In this document: in pieces, positions 63,201 to 64,000 of the stretch
Position numbering within the stretch: the stretch's first letter is position 1
How the letters are laid out: every line of letters starts with the position of its first letter
Notes under the pieces: generated by a model
The model's input: the letters and a program-made list of their open reading frames with translations, nothing else
What the model was told of the DNA's origin: nothing
Databases searched by the model: none
Assembly (NCBI GenBank): GCA_024279135.1
Contig: JAJRRU010000014.1
Span: 23,351 to 87,350, forward strand
DNA length: 64,000 nt
Direction of reading: 5' to 3'
Source: Alphaproteobacteria bacterium
GTDB lineage: Bacteria; Pseudomonadota; Alphaproteobacteria; Rhodospirillales; Casp-alpha2
Position numbers and translations under genes: made by a program

Positions 63201-64000
63201 GACAAAATGCCATCTGTAATCAGGCGTTTGGGAAGATCGGGTACATAGGTGGGTTTGGGTGGAGCCACCGAAGCCATAGCCGCCGATTGCACCAGCGGTG
63301 TTGGATGGGGGCTAGCCCCTTCTATGTTTACCGACTGCGGAGTGTAATTTTCATACAGGCAGTCTTGCAGCTCCTCGCTCGGTGCTTGCCAATCCAGCGT
63401 TTCAAATGCCAGCGGCAGAGCATCGGTAATGTCGATGGGCCTGGGTTTTTCGGCCACGGGCGTTGTTTTAACCGCCGGAGCTTTGGCTGACTTGATCTCA
63501 GCAATCTTGCCTTCAACGTCCTGCCTGTCTGGCACAGATCGCAACACCAGTCGCAGCAAGTCAGCCGTTGAGTTGACCAGTCTTGGCACATATCCCGAAA
63601 AATCCTTCGGATCGTCAGCCGGGAGTTTGTCAATCACGGTCAGGCGGGTCTCGAAGCTGGTTCCATGCTTGGCGTAGATTTTGCCAGCCAGCGGAGCCGA
63701 GAACACAATCCGACCGATCCCCTGAAGCCGAACGAACGCTTCGCGCCATTTAGGACTGTCTGGTGCAAAGTTCCGCCCGGTGATCGTCACCAGTCGCCCA
63801 CCTTCAGCCAAGCGATTGAGCGCGGAAAATACATGCCGCCCGGCCACCGAGGGAGATGTCGTGGTCATGGTCGGTGAAGTGGAAAACGGCGGGTTCATCA
63901 ACACCACGGACGGCACGAACCCGCGTGGCAGCAGATCATCAATATATTCCGCATTGTGGTTTGAAATCGCCACATCGGAAAACATCTGCTTTAATAGTGC
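60218..64000 (-). CDS. large DNA methyltransferase / strawberry-notch-type helicase fusion (N-terminus beyond the window)
   Basis: More than 1255 aa. The N-terminal region has an amino-methyltransferase motif VVLMNPPFSTS. The helicase has GDGTGCGKGRQ (Walker A-like) and MFDESHALAN (DExH), followed by a long C-terminal Sno-like region. The frame is still open at 64000. Confidence 0.8.
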   Translation of the reverse strand, partial: ALLKQMFSDVAISNHNAEYIDDLLPRGFVPSVVLMNPPFSTSPTMTTTSPSVAGRHVFSALNRLAEGGRLVTITGRNFAPDSPKWREAFVRLQGIGRIVFSAPLAGKIYAKHGTSFETRLTVIDKLPADDPKDFSGYVPRLVNSTADLLRLVLRSVPDRQDVEGKIAEIKSAKAPAVKTTPVAEKPRPIDITDALPLAFETLDWQAPSEELQDCLYENYTPQSVNIEGASPHPTPLVQSAAMASVAPPKPTYVPDLPKRLITDGILSDAQLESIIYAGEAHSNLLPGEWAVNQHHDLVGESEIEAGEENKVRSVQFRQGWFLGDGTGCGKGRQVAGIILDNRLKGRKRAMWVSKNDKLLEDARRDWAAIGGDPRQVVPLSKFKQGQPITLTEGILFLTYGTLRSAARQGKTSRLEQIVEWLGPDFDGPLMFDESHALANATSSKGDRGIKSASKQGQAGLRLQRALPMARVCYVSATGATHVSNLAYAERLGLWGEDTAFKTRAGFVQAMDAGGVAAMEVISRDLKAMGLYTARSLSYDGVEVDILEHALSEDQIGIYDSFAEAYHIIHNNLQAALEALNISSEDGTLNKNAKAAALSAFESSKQRFFNHMLTAMKCPSLIKAIEADIERGDAVIVQLVSTGEALLERRLSTIPSSEWQDLNVDITPREYVLDYLANSFPTQLFEVYTDEDGNECSRPMFDAEGNPVFNRAAETKRDAMIEHLAGLPAVPTALDQILHHFGTNNVSEVTGRKLRLVREDGVVKVQKRPGSSNLSDAQAYMDDKKCILIFSDAGGTGRSYHADKDAKNSRRRVHYLLEPGWRADNAIQGLGRSNRTNQSCPPLFRPVATDVKGEKRFLSTIARRLDTLGAITKGQRQTGGQGMFRSEDNLESPYARAALRQLYHQIVRGEVENCSLQTFVDQTGLSLLDGDGSVREELPPMSRFLNRVLALTISRQNSIFEAFETILEQILEGMRASGGLDIGVETLQAHSFTVAETREVYTHGRTGAKTSSLKITRKDKLTPTKFTDVMSWHTDEAKFLVNAQSGRAALQVPGRSRMTEEGAVQPCVRLVRPLDSDSMTEIELMTSKWEEVALYRFKEAWEAELAALPEFHTSSFYLVTGLLLPIWDRMGKGSLRIYRLQTDDSRRLLGRVLHEKDLPAFYTALGLEAPKLSLEAVWNSVLDDGNSYALIRGLRLRRSRVMAENRVELSFDGCSDIFATLTGLGCMTEIIQYKRRAFIPVGAGGQEILAKVLERFPLTGA

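Overview
No homology searches were run; every family call rests on motifs read from the supplied translations and on repeats and hairpins read from the nucleotide sequence. The window looks like part of a large alphaproteobacterial-type conjugative plasmid or ICE carrying accessory islands.

Layout:
- 1-5.8 kb: metabolic cargo. This holds the tail of a solute-binding protein, two HisQ/HisM-type ABC permeases, an alanine-racemase-family gene with an in-frame TAG, a truncated USP, an Ldh_2-family oxidoreductase and alanine dehydrogenase.
- 5.8-7.3 kb: AT-rich decay zone with an MmeI-like restriction-enzyme N-terminus fused in frame to an IS3 transposase fragment.
- 7.3-10.8 kb: regulation and replication module. 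It holds a DUF6499/DUF2285 FseA-like regulator split by a frameshift at an A6G run, a small HTH gene, RepA, and an oriV-like region (3 DnaA boxes, 3 iterons at 22-bp spacing, AT-rich 10-mers).
- 11.0-34.5 kb: a complete F-type conjugation system. Gene order is traA-L-E-K-B, dsbC, traV-C, trbI, S26 peptidase, traW, traU, trbC, an extra Cys-rich secreted protein, traN, traF, a trbB-like gene, traH, traG, traD, a MobF relaxase and an RHH gene. An antisense brnTA toxin-antitoxin pair sits between traW and traU.
- 34.5-36.4 kb: parA, an RHH partner and a GNAT.
- 36.7-48.9 kb: a defence island. It holds a complete Neisseria-like type II-C CRISPR-Cas9 locus: predicted tracrRNA, cas9 (1023 aa), cas1, cas2, and 25 identical 36-bp repeats with 24 spacers of 30 bp. 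It also holds a PstI/BsuBI-family R-M pair and two tandem P4-type tyrosine integrases, one with a C-terminal double RHH-like extension. The block is bracketed by imperfect direct repeats.
- 49.4-64 kb: a leading-region-like block, mostly on the minus strand. It holds a DUF2493 gene plus an inverted decayed copy, a beta-CASP MBL nuclease with a PD-(D/E)xK-like protein, DUF4326, ssb, a 4x zinc-ribbon/GIY-YIG-like protein, orphan genes, a Toprim protein and a methyltransferase/strawberry-notch-type helicase that runs off the window.

Best candidates for something new:
1. The integrase-bounded CRISPR-Cas9/R-M cassette.
2. The beta-CASP + PD-(D/E)xK two-gene cassette.
3. The integrase with a double RHH-like tail.
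4. The frameshifted FseA-like regulator.
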